In this document: piece by piece, positions 1-11,636 of the stretch
Layout: every line of letters begins with the position of its first letter
Position numbering within the stretch: position 1 is the first letter of the stretch
Assembly: GCF_006345805.1 (NCBI RefSeq)
Contig: NC_043008.1
Location: 31,186,001-31,250,000, forward strand
Direction of reading: 5' to 3'
DNA length: 64,000 bases
DNA from: Octopus sinensis
Lineage: Eukaryota
Made by a program: the position numbers and the translations under genes
The notes under the pieces: model-generated
Databases searched by the model: none
What the model was told of the DNA's origin: nothing
Seen by the model: only the letters and a program-made list of their open reading frames with translations

Positions 1-2094
1 TGGATATTTTTTTATCATGCCTAATGCACCTACTATGATAGGAATTGTTTCTGTTTTCAGATTCCACATTCTAGTTACCTCTATTTCCAGGTCTTTGTAT
101 TTTGAGAGTTTCTCCATTTCTTTTAGAGACACGTTGTCATCAGCCGGTATTGATACATCAATTAGAAAGCATTTTTTTTCTTCATGATCTCTGACAACTA
201 TATCTGGTCTGTTGGCCTTAATTTTTCTATCTGTGTGTATCGGCATATCCCAGTGTATGATTGCTTTCTCGTTTTCTGTGACCTTTTCTGGTGTGTGCCT
301 ATACCATCTTTTTTCTGTTGTTATTCCATAATGTTGGCATAGCTTCCAGTGTATGTAGGTTCCAACTCTGTCATGTCTGTGAATATATTCCTTCTTAGCC
401 AGGACTGGGCAGCTAGAGATAATATGATTTATTGTTTCTTGTCCATCTCCACATATTCTGCAGTTACTTGTAATATTTCTTTTCATTACATGTTTTTGGT
501 AATTTCTGGTGGGGAGGCTTTGGTCTTGTGCTGCAATTAAAAATCCTTCAGTCTCTGCTTTGAGTCCTGAGCTTCTCAACCATTGCTGGGATTTTTCTTT
601 GTCTATTTCTTTTGCGTTTAGTTTAGTCCAGTATTTACCATGAAGGGGCTTTTCTTGCCATCGTTTTATCATGGTTCGTTGCTGTTCTCTTTTTAGTTTG
701 GATTTCATTTGTTTTATAGCTTTTGTTGTTTCTTCATCTTCTTCTTCTTCTTCATGTTTATTAGGTGGTATGATTTCTTGTTTGTATTTGTCAGCTTCCT
801 TAAATACTGAGAACAGTTTTTTGTTTTGCTCGTGTTTTGCCGCTATCTGGATCAGTTTTCCTTCCTTCTGAAGTAGATATTTTTGCAGTCCGATGGTGGT
901 TATTTTATAGTAGTTTTCCAGCTGTATATATAGTCTTTCTATGTCAGATTTTGGGTGATGCATCCTAGATCCTGTCATTATTTTTCTTGTTTTCCTATCT
1001 ATTTTGGTCAGTTCATTTCGTGTCCAGTTAAGGATATTGTAGCTGTAACTTATAACTGGGACAGCTAAAGTGTTGATACCTATTATCTTGTTTTTAGCAT
1101 TGAGCCCTGTGTTTAGTATTGATCTAACTCGTCTATAATATTCTTTTTTTATTTTCTCTTTCATTTGTGTGTGTTGTGTCTTATCTAGTTCATGGATTCC
1201 TAAGTATTTGTAAGTTTGGCTTTGGTCTAATTCTTTTATTTCATTGGTTTTATCTAGTGTGATGTTATTACTCTTAACTAGTTTTCCTCTTTTCAGGGTT
1301 ACTTTGGCGCATTTTTCTAATCCAAATTTCATATCTATTTCTTTGGTAAATCCATGAACTGTCTTTAATAGTGTTTCCAGCTGTTTGTCATTTGCAGCGT
1401 ATAGTTTTAGGTCATCCATATATAAAAGGTGGCTGATCGTTTTGCCGTAACATTTATATCCGGATCCAGTTCTATTTAGCATATCAGATAGAGGTGACAG
1501 TGCCAAGCAGAAAAGGAGTGGAGAGAGCGTGTCTCCCTGGAATATTCCTCTTCTAATGGGGAAGTCTTTGGTTTTCATGAGTCCCTCTTTTGTTTGGAGG
1601 TGTAGGACTGTTTGCCATTTTTTCATAGAGTGCTCTATGAATTTTATGATTGTTGGTGCTACTTTGTTAATGGCTAGTGTTTCGAGGATCCATGTGTGGG
1701 GGATGCTATCAAACGCCTTTTTGTAGTCAATCCAGGCCATACTGAGGCCTTTCTTCTTTCTGTGGCTGTCTTCAGTTATGGCTTTATTAATCATTAGTTG
1801 ATCTTTACAGCCATATGAGCCTTTGCGGCATCCTTTCTGCTCTTCTGGGAACAGTTTGTTTTCGTCCAGGTGCTTGTTCAGCCTTTGTGATATCACTGCA
1901 ATAAATGCCTTGAACATAGTAGGGAGGCAGGTTATTGGTCTGTAGTTTTCTGGTTTTTCTGTTTCACTTGATTTGGGAATTAAGATGGTTTTCCCCTTCG
2001 TGAGCCATTCAGGCATTGTCTCTGGCTCTGCTAGTACGTTGTTAAAGTTTTCAGCCAGCTTTTTGTGCATTCCTGTTAGATATTTCAACCAGAA

Positions 2095-2100
<6 letters not shown>
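1..2100 (-). mobile_element. R4/Dong-clade non-LTR retrotransposon, 5'-truncated; RT + CCHC zinc knuckle + restriction-like endonuclease; runs off the window edge
   Basis: Manual translation gives 700 stop-free codons from 2100 to 1: NYRPITCLPT, WIDYKKAFDSIPH, GIFQGDTLSPLLF, LYMDDLKL (YMDD 1422-1411), YKYLG, IAAQDQSLPTRNY, CRICGDGQETINHIISSC, RHD, NRPDIVV, IDVSIP, KYKDL. Not in the ORF track, probably because there is no stop inside the window. Confidence 0.93.

Positions 2101-2163
<63 letters not shown>
2097..2163. repeat. (ATT/TAA)n microsatellite at the 5' junction of the Dong element
   Basis: Perfect trinucleotide run directly abutting AACTTCTGG (NFW) of the LINE. Confidence 0.95.
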
Positions 2164-2167
<4 letters not shown>

Positions 2168-2238
2168 TCAATGTCTGGAATCGAACTCGGAATTTTGGGG
2201 TTAGTAGCCTGCGCTCTTAACCAGTACGCTTATGCCCG
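2164..2238 (-). mobile_element. tRNA-derived SINE head with Pol III A/B boxes
   Basis: GGGCATAAGCGTACTGGTTAAG...GAGTTCGATTCC followed by (AAT)n; no acceptor stem can be formed. Confidence 0.6.
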
Positions 2239-2814
2239 AATTGTTACATTACAAGGCGAAGATCACGTTTGAAGTGTGTAGCTTTTAAAAAAACTTCCAG
2301 GAATTGTACGATATAGAACTACTACTGATGTTGGGGAGAGGACCTTTTTCTTCTATATATGATGATACGAATAATAACGCATGGTCAGCTTCATTGATAT
2401 TCCTCTCAGATGGAGGTATCGCTTTATGATTAAAAAGTTCGCTTCGCAGCAGGTTGGCCTCGTGTTCGATTCCACTGTGTTGAACCTTAGTCAAATGTCA
2501 TCTACTATATCCTTGGAATGATAATACTTTGCGAGCGAAATTTGTCGGAAGGATCCTTTCTACTATTGAGTGATGTTCTTAATTCATCGCCCGGTCTAAC
2601 ACAACCTGACCTTTCGGACTATAGAGCAGATACAGTTGCATCTACTCTATTACAAACCAGACTCTAGTTTGAGGAACTTCTTTTCTGTGTCCCACTAGTT
2701 TTGTGGGCCGTCAGATGGGCCGTGAAGGCTACTTTTTCTCCCATCTAAATAAATGAATAAATGAATGAGTAAATAGAATTATGTTAGATAGGAAAAGAAA
2801 TCTTCACAAACAGT

Positions 2815-2868
2815 TGTGTGTGCGTGCGCGTGTGTGTGTGTGTGTGTGTGTGTGTTGTGTGTGTGTGT

Positions 2869-2912
<44 letters not shown>

Positions 2913-2945
2913 CGCGAGCGCGCGCGCGTGTGTACGTGTGTGTGC
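2815..2945. repeat. (GT)n/(GC)n microsatellite
   Basis: Direct inspection. Confidence 0.95.
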
Positions 2946-2989
2946 ATGGCTACCCGTTTCTGGTTCTTTGTGGAACCAGAAATAGGAAC

Positions 2990-3140
2990 CATGGCGTCGA
3001 AGCTGGTCTGCTTCAGATATACCGCGTGTCGGACAAAATGCTCGGCGGCACTTCTTCCAACTTAATGCTTTGAGTTCAAATGCCACTGGGATTGACCTTG
3101 CCCTTCCTTCCTTTTGAGTCGATAGTATAAGGACCGGTTT
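2990..3140 (+). mobile_element. tRNA-derived SINE family A, diverged copy
   Basis: GAGTTCAAAT B box followed by a degenerate GACTTTGCCTTTCATCCTTTCGGGGTCGATAA core, as in the copy at 31128. Confidence 0.7.
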
Positions 3141-4638
3141 AGTAATAATGGCAAACTAAATCTATCATTATTCTGTGTAAAATAAGCAGCGATTAAAAGT
3201 AGCTTTTGCAGTGATATGTTTCTATGTTCAACTCGCAACAGATTTCACTGTTTAAAACTGGTTCTAAATTTGACTTTGTGACGAATTGAGGATCAAATAA
3301 AGAAAACTGCTAGCGCACTTCCATGCGATTTTTTTTTTATTGTATTTTAAAACTAAAAATTTAGATTAACAATAATGTTTTATTCATCATACTTGTGTAT
3401 AACAAAATTGCGAATAATATGTTTTTCAAGGAAGCCAAGCAGTTTGTATGGGTTTTCAAAAGCCTTAGATTATATTTCTTAAGTATCCGAGGAGAGGTAC
3501 TTGAATCCCCTATGCATTGTCCTTGTGCTCTACAGCGAAACCGTCTCAAAACCAATGGCTTACATTGATATGATTGAATGTTCAGTTGGAAGTTCACCAC
3601 TATATGACTGCTATTTTTTAATCTACCCCAGAAAAGACAAAAAGCAGAGTTGGCTTTGGTGGGATTTAAAATCATATCAACGAGAGTCAAACTTACTGAA
3701 GGATTTAGATTATAGTGAAGCTGTAAACTAGATAAAACTTGAAGGCTCCTTATCGAGAAAACTACACCAGAAGGTTCCACGAAAAAGAAAACATACAGGC
3801 CTTTCAATTATTCTGAGGCCCCTGTGGCTTGTGAGGGCTTAAATTCTAACTTATTTAGCTTATCCCTAAATCTAGCACTGAATTGAAATCTCAATAGCTT
3901 TTAACGAAGTTTGTGCAAATATATGTATCTAAGAAAGGTAACTATGGTTAAACTATAAGATACAAACATTTTTCAATCGAAAATAAGAAAATTCGTCTGC
4001 AATGCTGTAAAATTTGAATAGTTTTATGTGATTTGCGAGGAGCAGGCAAGTGAATCTCTGATTCTAGCGATCGATTTTGACATTCTTTATCCAAAGGAGA
4101 TTTTAAATCTACTGAGGTTTCTTTTTTGATCATTTAAACGCCGAGGATTCAATTGCCAGTTTGCCTTTAGCTTCTCTGTTGAAGTTTCGCAAAAGACACT
4201 AAAAACAGTACCAGATCAAAACATTTGTTGTTGCTGTTTATATTTTTTTTAACCTCAAGTAGGCCATGATCAAGAAATCCCATAACTGAAGCCATTCCAG
4301 CCTTGATCTTTAAATCATTTTGAACATGATGTATCTAGGGCTTCATCATCGAATATGTTGTTACTTTTTAGGTGGTAGTGTGTGGTACGCGATAGCTTGG
4401 ATTGCTACTTTCGTCAGGTTAAGTAACTACAAAAAGGTTTCAATACTAACTCAATGATAATACCGTGAAAACAACTGGTAAAGGCTAACTTTTGAAGCAA
4501 TAGTATTGAACACATTTAATCAGCTCTGGACTGGATACGGTAATAATAAACATATTCCCCGGTCATATTTGCGTTGGCTTCTAACAGTGATTCATTCATT
4601 GAAGGCTGGTTTTGTCAAGTTTGCAGAATTGATTTTGT

Positions 4639-4650
4639 GGCTGGCTGGCT

Positions 4651-4695
<45 letters not shown>

Positions 4696-4748
4696 ATGGA
4701 TGGATGGATGGATGGATGGATGGATGGATGGATGGACAAGATAAATAA

Positions 4749-4829
<81 letters not shown>

Positions 4830-4900
4830 AACAGACAAACAGGTACTGATAGGTAGGTAGATATCTTTCCATACGAATAGGTGTGTGTGTGTGTGTGTGA
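4639..4900. repeat. Compound (GGCT)n(GGAT)n(AGAT)n(GT)n microsatellite
   Basis: Direct inspection. Confidence 0.95.
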
Positions 4901-5087
4901 ACTCAAATATGTATTAATAGCTTAGAACTGTATTACCTAATATATAGGAAACGCCATGTGAAATGCTACAGGGTAAAAATATATCTCCAAAGGTCATGAT
5001 AAGAATCCAACAACGCATTTCCTATTGATATAATAACCATTTGAAACATTGAACTTTGTCGTCATCTTACGTGTGTGTGCATGTATC

Positions 5088-5120
<33 letters not shown>

Positions 5121-5127
5121 ATGTATC

Positions 5128-5166
<39 letters not shown>

Positions 5167-5319
5167 GTGTGTGTGTGTGCGTGCGTGCGTTTTACGTCGT
5201 ACGAATTTAGAAATTTCGAGAGACACGAAAATAAATTGTGTTAACAGTAGAACTCGAAGTAGATAAAGCTATACATAATTCTTTCTAATATAGGCAGAAG
5301 GTCTGAAATTTTGTTGGGT

Positions 5320-5600
5320 GGGGGCTAGTCTATTAAATCGACACAAGAATTCAGCTAGTTCTTTATTTCATTGAGCTCGAAGGATGAGGACAACGTCGAC
5401 CTCGAAGGAATTTGAACTCAAAACGTAAAGCCAGAAGAAATATCTTTAAGCATTTTATCCGATACGCTATCAGTTCTGCCAGCTCACTGCATTTGGCAAA
5501 TGGCCAACAGTTTTAGGGAAAGGACTAAGTCGATTATATCATTCCCACTTTTTGATAGGAACTTTATTTTATCGAGCCCAAAAGCAAATATAAAGTTAGA
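5320..5600 (-). mobile_element. SINE family A fragments (two)
   Basis: Reverse complement of the family A core and head (GTCGACCTCG..AATTTGAACTCA; CTGCCAGCTCAC). Confidence 0.65.
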
Positions 5601-5639
5601 TGGACAGTGTGTTGTGTTGAGTGCACAACACAGAGGAAA

Positions 5640-6235
5640 CTGAAGAATTTTTCCAGTCCGTTCTTTGATGCCATCAGTTCACAAACGTCTTTGACGGTCT
5701 CTTGCTGTCTTCCCCTAGACACTTCCTGTTAAGATAGTCTTGGACAATGACTCGTGGCGCATAAATATCCCAAATAGATTTGTGGACTAGATTCTCGATA
5801 CTAGGTGTCTTTAGACTTTTAACATTTCTAATACTGTAGAGTTTGTTACTCTGCTTTTCCTGATGATTTTCCCCAGTCAGCGAAATATCCACATCTCAAA
5901 GGTATCTGTCTCCTTCATTGCTCCGTACATAGTTCAAGTTTCTGCCCGATAGAGGATAATATATATAGATGTAACAGTTAACTAGCTTCAGTTTTTTTTG
6001 TGTGAGTTAAAGATCTTTTTTAATCTTATAAATGTAGCTTTAGCTTTATTTATTCTAAAAGCATCTTCTAGACAGCGATTTTGATGATTTTGTCCTAAAA
6101 ACTTCAGGTGTTTTTGTTGTTTTGTTCTGTTTTTTACTTGTTCAAAATTCTCTCCATCTACGTACTTTGTATTTGCTTTCTTTTGTTCCGTCCTACACGT
6201 AACCATCGTTTTTGTCTTTTTTACATTCATGTTTC
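5640..6235 (-). mobile_element. Degraded RTE-like LINE, RT C-terminal part
   Basis: MNVKKTKTMV, RINKAKATFIRLKKIF, LYRAET, FEMWIFR with stops and frameshifts. Confidence 0.7.
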
Positions 6236-6266
6236 ACATCACAAAAAAAAAAGAGTGAAATGTGTG

Positions 6267-6560
6267 AAGGCGCATGGCTAAGTGGTTAGAGTATTCAGCT
6301 CGCGATTGTCGGGGAGTGAGTGCGATAAACGGTGACGTGTTGTGTCCGTGATCAATACACTTTATTTCCAGTCCACTCAACCGGCAAAAACGTGAAGTAA
6401 CTCTATTTCAAAGGGCCAGCCTTGTCACATTCTGTGTCACGCTGAATCTCCCTGAGAACTAAGTTAAAGTCACACGTGTCAGTGCGGTGCTCAGCTACTT
6501 ACACGTTAATTTCACGAGCAGGTTTTTCTGTTAATCGGATCAACTGGAAAACTCGTCGTC
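6267..6560 (+). mobile_element. tRNA-derived SINE (OR-like family)
   Basis: GGCGCATGGCTAAGTGGTTAGAG head; body matches the reverse-oriented copy at 31370-31755. Confidence 0.75.
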
Positions 6561-6879
6561 GTAACCGACGGAGGGCTAGTTTTTTTTTGTTGTTTTTTTG
6601 GGTTTTTTTTGTTTTTTTTTGTTTGTTTTTCACATTCATATTTAGGCCTTCCGTGTCACTGTGCTCTTTTACATTAATATTTTCTTGTAATTTCTCATTG
6701 TTGTCTGCCAATAAAGCAACATCACCAGCCTCAGCAGCGCATATCCATTAGTTTATTTATAAATAAAACAGTACAGCGTACTGTTGCTTATTCTTCTTGT
6801 TATTTGAAATTAAAATAATAATTTCTAAAATCCTTATATGAAATTTCCTCTCTGCCAATTGTTTTATTATAGTATAAGC

Positions 6880-7110
6880 TAAGGTGCCGAGCTGGCAGAG
6901 TCGTTAGAGAGTCGGACAAAATGCTTAGTGACATTTCTTTCGGCTTTTTCTGGCACTTTACGCTTAAATTCCACCGCAGTTGACTTTGACTTTCATTCTT
7001 TCGAGGTCGATAAAATAATACCAGTCGAACACTGGAGTCGATGTGACTTACCTCCCTCCACCTTAAAACTGTTGGCCTTGTGATAAAATTTGACATCATA
7101 AAGATGGCGA
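6880..7110 (+). mobile_element. SINE family A
   Basis: GAGCTGGCAGAGTCGTTAG head and GACTTTCATTCTTTCGAGGTCGATAAAA core; another copy at 7670-7830. Confidence 0.8.
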
Positions 7111-7203
7111 ACGAGCAGAATCGTAGCCGCGCTGGCTTTTCAAGTTCTCTTTAAGCGTGTAGGCGCAGTTACCTCTCCTGACGGTAGCTGTCTAAATAGC
7201 TCA

Positions 7204-7217
7204 CCACTAGGTGGCAC
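7204..7217 (+). promoter_or_regulatory. CTCF-consensus-like motif
   Basis: CCACTAGGTGGCAC matches the CCASYAGRKGGCR core. Confidence 0.35.
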
Positions 7218-7929
7218 AGCATGTAACTTTGAGGCTTCAGCACTCAGTCCTTTCTCTTTGTCATCGCGACAGCAGCGTGTGAGGATGTGACCTCGTTAGC
7301 TCTTGCATAACGCACGCGACAGCGAACAGGCATTGAGCAGCTATGGCGTAGAATACACAAAAGCTGAACATGGCCTTCACTTGTAAATACCTTCCATGAT
7401 TATTCAGCTTGAATATATTTGTAACCTGGAGTTAAAGCATTTAAAATTTAGTCATCGCGACAGCAGCGTGTGATAATGTGACCTCGTTAGCTTTTGCATA
7501 ACGCCCGCAACAGCTTGTACATATTTGTGACCTGGAGTAAAAGCATTTAAAAGTTACAGTTTGCTTCTATGGATTTATTGTACAGTGTTCTTTCTTCGAA
7601 TGACATCTATTCCAGCTTTCTGAACATCAGAACTGTTTAATCATATGAGACCACGACCATCTATAGGCACTTTACGCTCTGAGTTCAAATTCCGCCGTGA
7701 TCGACTTTACCTTTCATCATTTCAGACTCGATAAAATAGAAACCAGCTGAGCACAGGTGGTAGAGTCGATGTAATCAACTAGACCCCTTTCCCAAAATTT
7801 CAGGTCTTGTGCTTATTAGTAGAAAGGATTATGGAGCTCCTTTAGAAACACACCTCTCCAAGAAAATGAAATGCAATTAAAAGAAGTTATGAAAATAGAA
7901 AATATGTAGGGAAAACGACCGTACGTAAG

Positions 7930-8990
7930 GAGTTGGTGACAGAAATATCTTCTTTTTAACGCCGCACGGTCCTAACAAAATAAGCCAAAATACATGGTAT
8001 AAAGAATAAGTGCCAAAAGGAATAAGAGAGACGACACAACCGTTATACTGTTTGAGAGAGAAAGACTTTACTTACAGATGTGTACAATAAGATAAAGTAT
8101 GGGTGCTAGCAAAGTGGAGTGTCTGTGTACATGCGACAATTGTTTGTGTCTGTGTGTTCGTGTGTGCATTACAAGAGTGAACATAAGTACAAACAAGGTG
8201 TGTGCGTATGTGAGACAGAATACAATACAGCGCATAGAATGAGTCTCTCAGGATATTTCAGACAAGATGGCGTTAATTTACCAGTTCGTAGTAAGGTTAC
8301 ACAATAGTTGTAGTCCTGTAACAGAATGTTGAGGTCACAAGGCACAATGCCGGTTGAACACATGTCGTGTAGCGGTTGTGGCTTCAATGCTGTGCCAGGT
8401 CTCTTGATACAGGAATTCTTGCAGGTAGTGCTGTGCTGTTTACCTCGGTGAATATTCACAACAACGTGGAGTTTAAACCTGAGCGAGTTGCTGTGTACGT
8501 ATCGTTGAAGTCGACGGAGACGGAGACGTCGAGATGAGGGCAACGGTGGAGAACGGACCTGAGTTACTAGTGTATGTTAGCGTCGTCGTTGGAACATGGT
8601 TGGCTTGCTGGCTGGTCGTCGCTGTCTGTCACTGGAACTGGAACTGGCTGAGTCGTTCTGTGGTCAGAGGTTAGTCCTGTGAAGGACTGGAACCAAAGAC
8701 GAGTGTTACTGGAACATGGTTGAGTAGCTCTGTGTTCAGAGGTTAGTCCTGAAAAGGACTAGAACCAAAGGCGAGATACCGTGAATGCTGGGGCCTTTTT
8801 ATAACCTGAGGTGGGCTCCAGTGAGAACCCAAAAAGACTGTGTCATGGGACCTTATCTGAAGGCCGTGATTGATTGGCTTACACACTGGCGCGAAATAAG
8901 TCAAAAGACAAACTGCGCCAATATCAACCAATCAAAGCAGTGGACACAACAGGGTCAAAATAGCCGAAGATGGTTGCTATCTAACACGAG
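7930..8990 (-). mobile_element. Unclassified ~1 kb LTR-like insertion
   Basis: Minus strand starts TGTTAG at 8986 and has a TATAAAAAGG box near 8800-8812; there is an internal ~75-bp direct duplication (CAGAGGTTAGTCCTG..GGACT.GAACCAAAG at 8665 and 8737). Boundaries and target-site duplication not resolved. Confidence 0.3.
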
Positions 8991-9039
8991 ATTATTTCTA
9001 ATATATCTCTCAAACAGTGAGGATATCAGCTACGCTACA

Positions 9040-9780
9040 AATATATACAAAATAAATAATGTATGCAAAAAATAAAACAAACGGAAAACGGGCACTCGCA
9101 AATATAGACAAACATGTCAGACGATACAAGGGGAGGTAATTTACTTTCACCAGTCAGGTATTATTAATGATATGAGGAGCCCGACGATATCGTTTGCAAA
9201 TTCTTGATTGTTTTTATTCAGATATTTTTTTACTGTACAAACTAGTTAGGGTTAGGGATACGGTTAGTTTTAGGGTTAAGGTTAGGGTTAGGGTTACGGT
9301 TACGGTTAGTGTTAGGGTTAGAGTTAGTTTTAAGGTTAGGGTTAGGGTTAGAGTTAGTTTTAGAGTTGGAGTTAGGGTTAGGGACAGTTTTTAGGTTAGG
9401 ATTAGGGTTAGGTGGTGTGCACACGCGCTGCCTTCGCCCATTTTGTGATGTGATATACGACAGAAATAATTATAAAACAATAGAATAAAAATGTTAAAGA
9501 CGTTTGCAAGTTTTGTTATTTATATTTTTGTTTTCTGTTTACAGAGAAAATATGGATTGAAACATATAAAAGAAAAAAAGTTTAACTCAGTGGCTATTTG
9601 GCCCCTCGTATCATTAATAATACCTGACTGGTAAAAGCAAATTACCTCCCCTTGTATCGTCCGATTTGTTTATATTCGCGAGGCCCGTTTTCCGTTTGTT
9701 TTATTTTTTTTAGAATAAAATATTTAAAATTGAATGAATCTTTCTAATTTTTTGCATACATAATTTATTTTGTATATATT
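9040..9780. mobile_element. Fold-back/MITE-like element with long terminal inverted repeats enclosing degenerate (TTAGGG)n
   Basis: 9040-9180 is the reverse complement of 9601-9710 plus 9748-9780; TTAGGG variants at 9246-9412. Confidence 0.8.
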
Positions 9781-10259
9781 TTCCATTTTCATAACTTTTC
9801 TTTTTAATTGTATTTCATTTTCTTGGAGAGGTGCGTTTCTGAAGGAGCGCCAGGATTATGTATGATAGCAGTGTAAACTCAAATTGCAAAGCAAAACGGT
9901 AAATTTCACAATCAACCAGGGATAAATGGGGCGAAAAAGGTTAGAAGCTTTTGCGTTATTCAGAGTGAAATATATGGCAAATCGCTGACCCATTTCCTCC
10001 TTTGAGTCAGTTATTATTAAACAGACCTCCGCCCGCCCCGCCCCCCACATAGATTTATAACTTTATATTGATTTCTTTACTTATGCAAATGTATTTAATT
10101 GAAACACAATTATAAACAATCCGAAATTGATTTATTTTTCTTAGGGGGTGAGGAAGAGACCATTTTTGCTATTGTTCTTTGGTGAAAAGGTTTGTAGAGG
10201 TAAAGACATGTTTATTGATCTTATTTGTGCGAGAAAGTGTATGTGGAGGCGTATGAATC

Positions 10260-10431
10260 TGAGGGTGTATATATATATATAGGTACGTATGTATGTATGT
10301 ATGTATGTATGTATGTATATATATGTGTGTGTGTGTGTATACTACGTATGTATGCCTGTATATATAAATGCGCGTGTGTATATATGAATATTTATATGTG
10401 TATAAATCTATATACAGATAGATAGATAGAT

Positions 10432-10507
<76 letters not shown>

Positions 10508-10580
10508 GCAGACAAACAGACATACATACATACATACATACATACATACATACATACATACATACATACATACATACAGG
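10260..10580. repeat. Compound (TATG)n/(AGAT)n/(AGAC)n/(CATA)n microsatellite
   Basis: Direct inspection. Confidence 0.95.
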
Positions 10581-10794
10581 AGAAATACAACTTAATACGC
10601 ATAAGTCGGGTTTTTATATATTTTTGTTAAATCCTAGATCAATACTAATCCAAGAGACCAAAATCAAAAGCCAAAGGCCAACCCGTCTTTTTCGTATATC
10701 TACTATTATATGTCTGATATATTCATCCATTTTTATTTCAGACGTGGCGTCACGGCATGTCATCAGCTTCTATATCTAACAAATGACTAAATGA

Positions 10795-10950
10795 CCTACT
10801 TGACATATGACCCGATGTCATATTTAACACGTAACCAGATGCCCTATTTGGGATGTGGTCGTATTTGACATGTGACCAGAAACAACATCTGACATGTAAA
10901 CGGGTGCCATATTTGACACGTAGGCTGATATTCGATCCGACATATTATCA
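10795..10950. repeat. Degenerate ~24-bp minisatellite
   Basis: About six variants of CATATTTGACACGTGACCAGATG(T/C). Confidence 0.65.
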
Positions 10951-11019
10951 AATGACAAATTTCATTCCGGTACCATATCTGCCAAACTTATTTTCATATG
11001 TCTTGGCTCAGCAAACATC

Positions 11020-11430
11020 AGTTTAACAGTGTGAAACAAGCAAATCTCGTGGTTTCGGGTTCAGTCCCACTGCGTGGCACCTTGGGCAAGTGTATAGCTT
11101 TGTTCTGTTATACGCAAACTAGTGGAGACGAGAATACATTTACCAAAGGTTTACAAAGGTTTATTACTTTAGGTACAATAGGGCTTAAGTGGTCAGTTAT
11201 TTCTGTATAGTTCACTCAAATTCATTTCACGCTCGCTGTTGACATTCTTCTCCCACTGGAAGTCCTGTTTTCCTGCTGACTAACTTCCTAGCTAGCCCGC
11301 AGTGAAGTATCGGTCTAAAGGTTCGTCTACCACGAATCCTGCCCTACAAGTGTCTTCTATTATATTTCAGTACCGTCCGACCAAAGCCTTTTAAGTGATG
11401 GATTTAGTAGACAGAAACTGTGTCGAAGTT
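11020..11430 (+). mobile_element. CORE-type SINE family B interrupted by an insertion
   Basis: GGTTCAGTCCCACTGCGTGGCACCTTGGGCAAGTGT (11059-11093) resumes as CAAGTGTCTTCTA at 11347. Confidence 0.75.
11091..11348 (-). mobile_element. Solo-LTR-like insert
   Basis: Minus strand begins TGTAGGGC and ends CTATACA, with AATAAA about 70 nt before the end; host sequence CAAGTGT is present at both junctions. Confidence 0.5.
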
Positions 11431-11477
11431 TGTCGAGTATATATATATATGAGTTCCAGATTTATATATATATATAA

Positions 11478-11585
11478 TCTGGAACTCAACTGAGGAAAGA
11501 AAACTCCGAATGACCCGTCCTTGTTTTCTTAGTATCATCTATCTGGATGTTTTGCGTTCTTGTCCCATTTTGTATTTTATATATA
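11478..11585 (+). mobile_element. Penelope-like terminal remnant
   Basis: CTGAGGAAAGAAAACTCCGAATGACCCGTCC; same family at 20041-20250 (+) and 13255-13430 (-). Confidence 0.4.
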
Positions 11586-11636
11586 TGTATATATTGTGTG
11601 TGCATATATGTGTGCGTATGTATATGTATATATACA

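Noticed and set aside
2164-2238. tRNA gene
   Set aside because: A and B boxes are present but there is no acceptor stem, and it is followed by a TAA tail; it is a SINE head. The same holds for 31680-31755 and 6267-6340.
3361-3807. 148-aa ORF
   Set aside because: No recognisable motif, and the other frames in the region contain scattered stops; unclassified.
9246-9412. True telomere or chromosome fusion site
   Set aside because: Short, highly degenerate, single orientation and enclosed within inverted repeats.
10795-10950. CRISPR-like array
   Set aside because: Units are contiguous and degenerate with no unique spacers; eukaryotic context and no cas genes.
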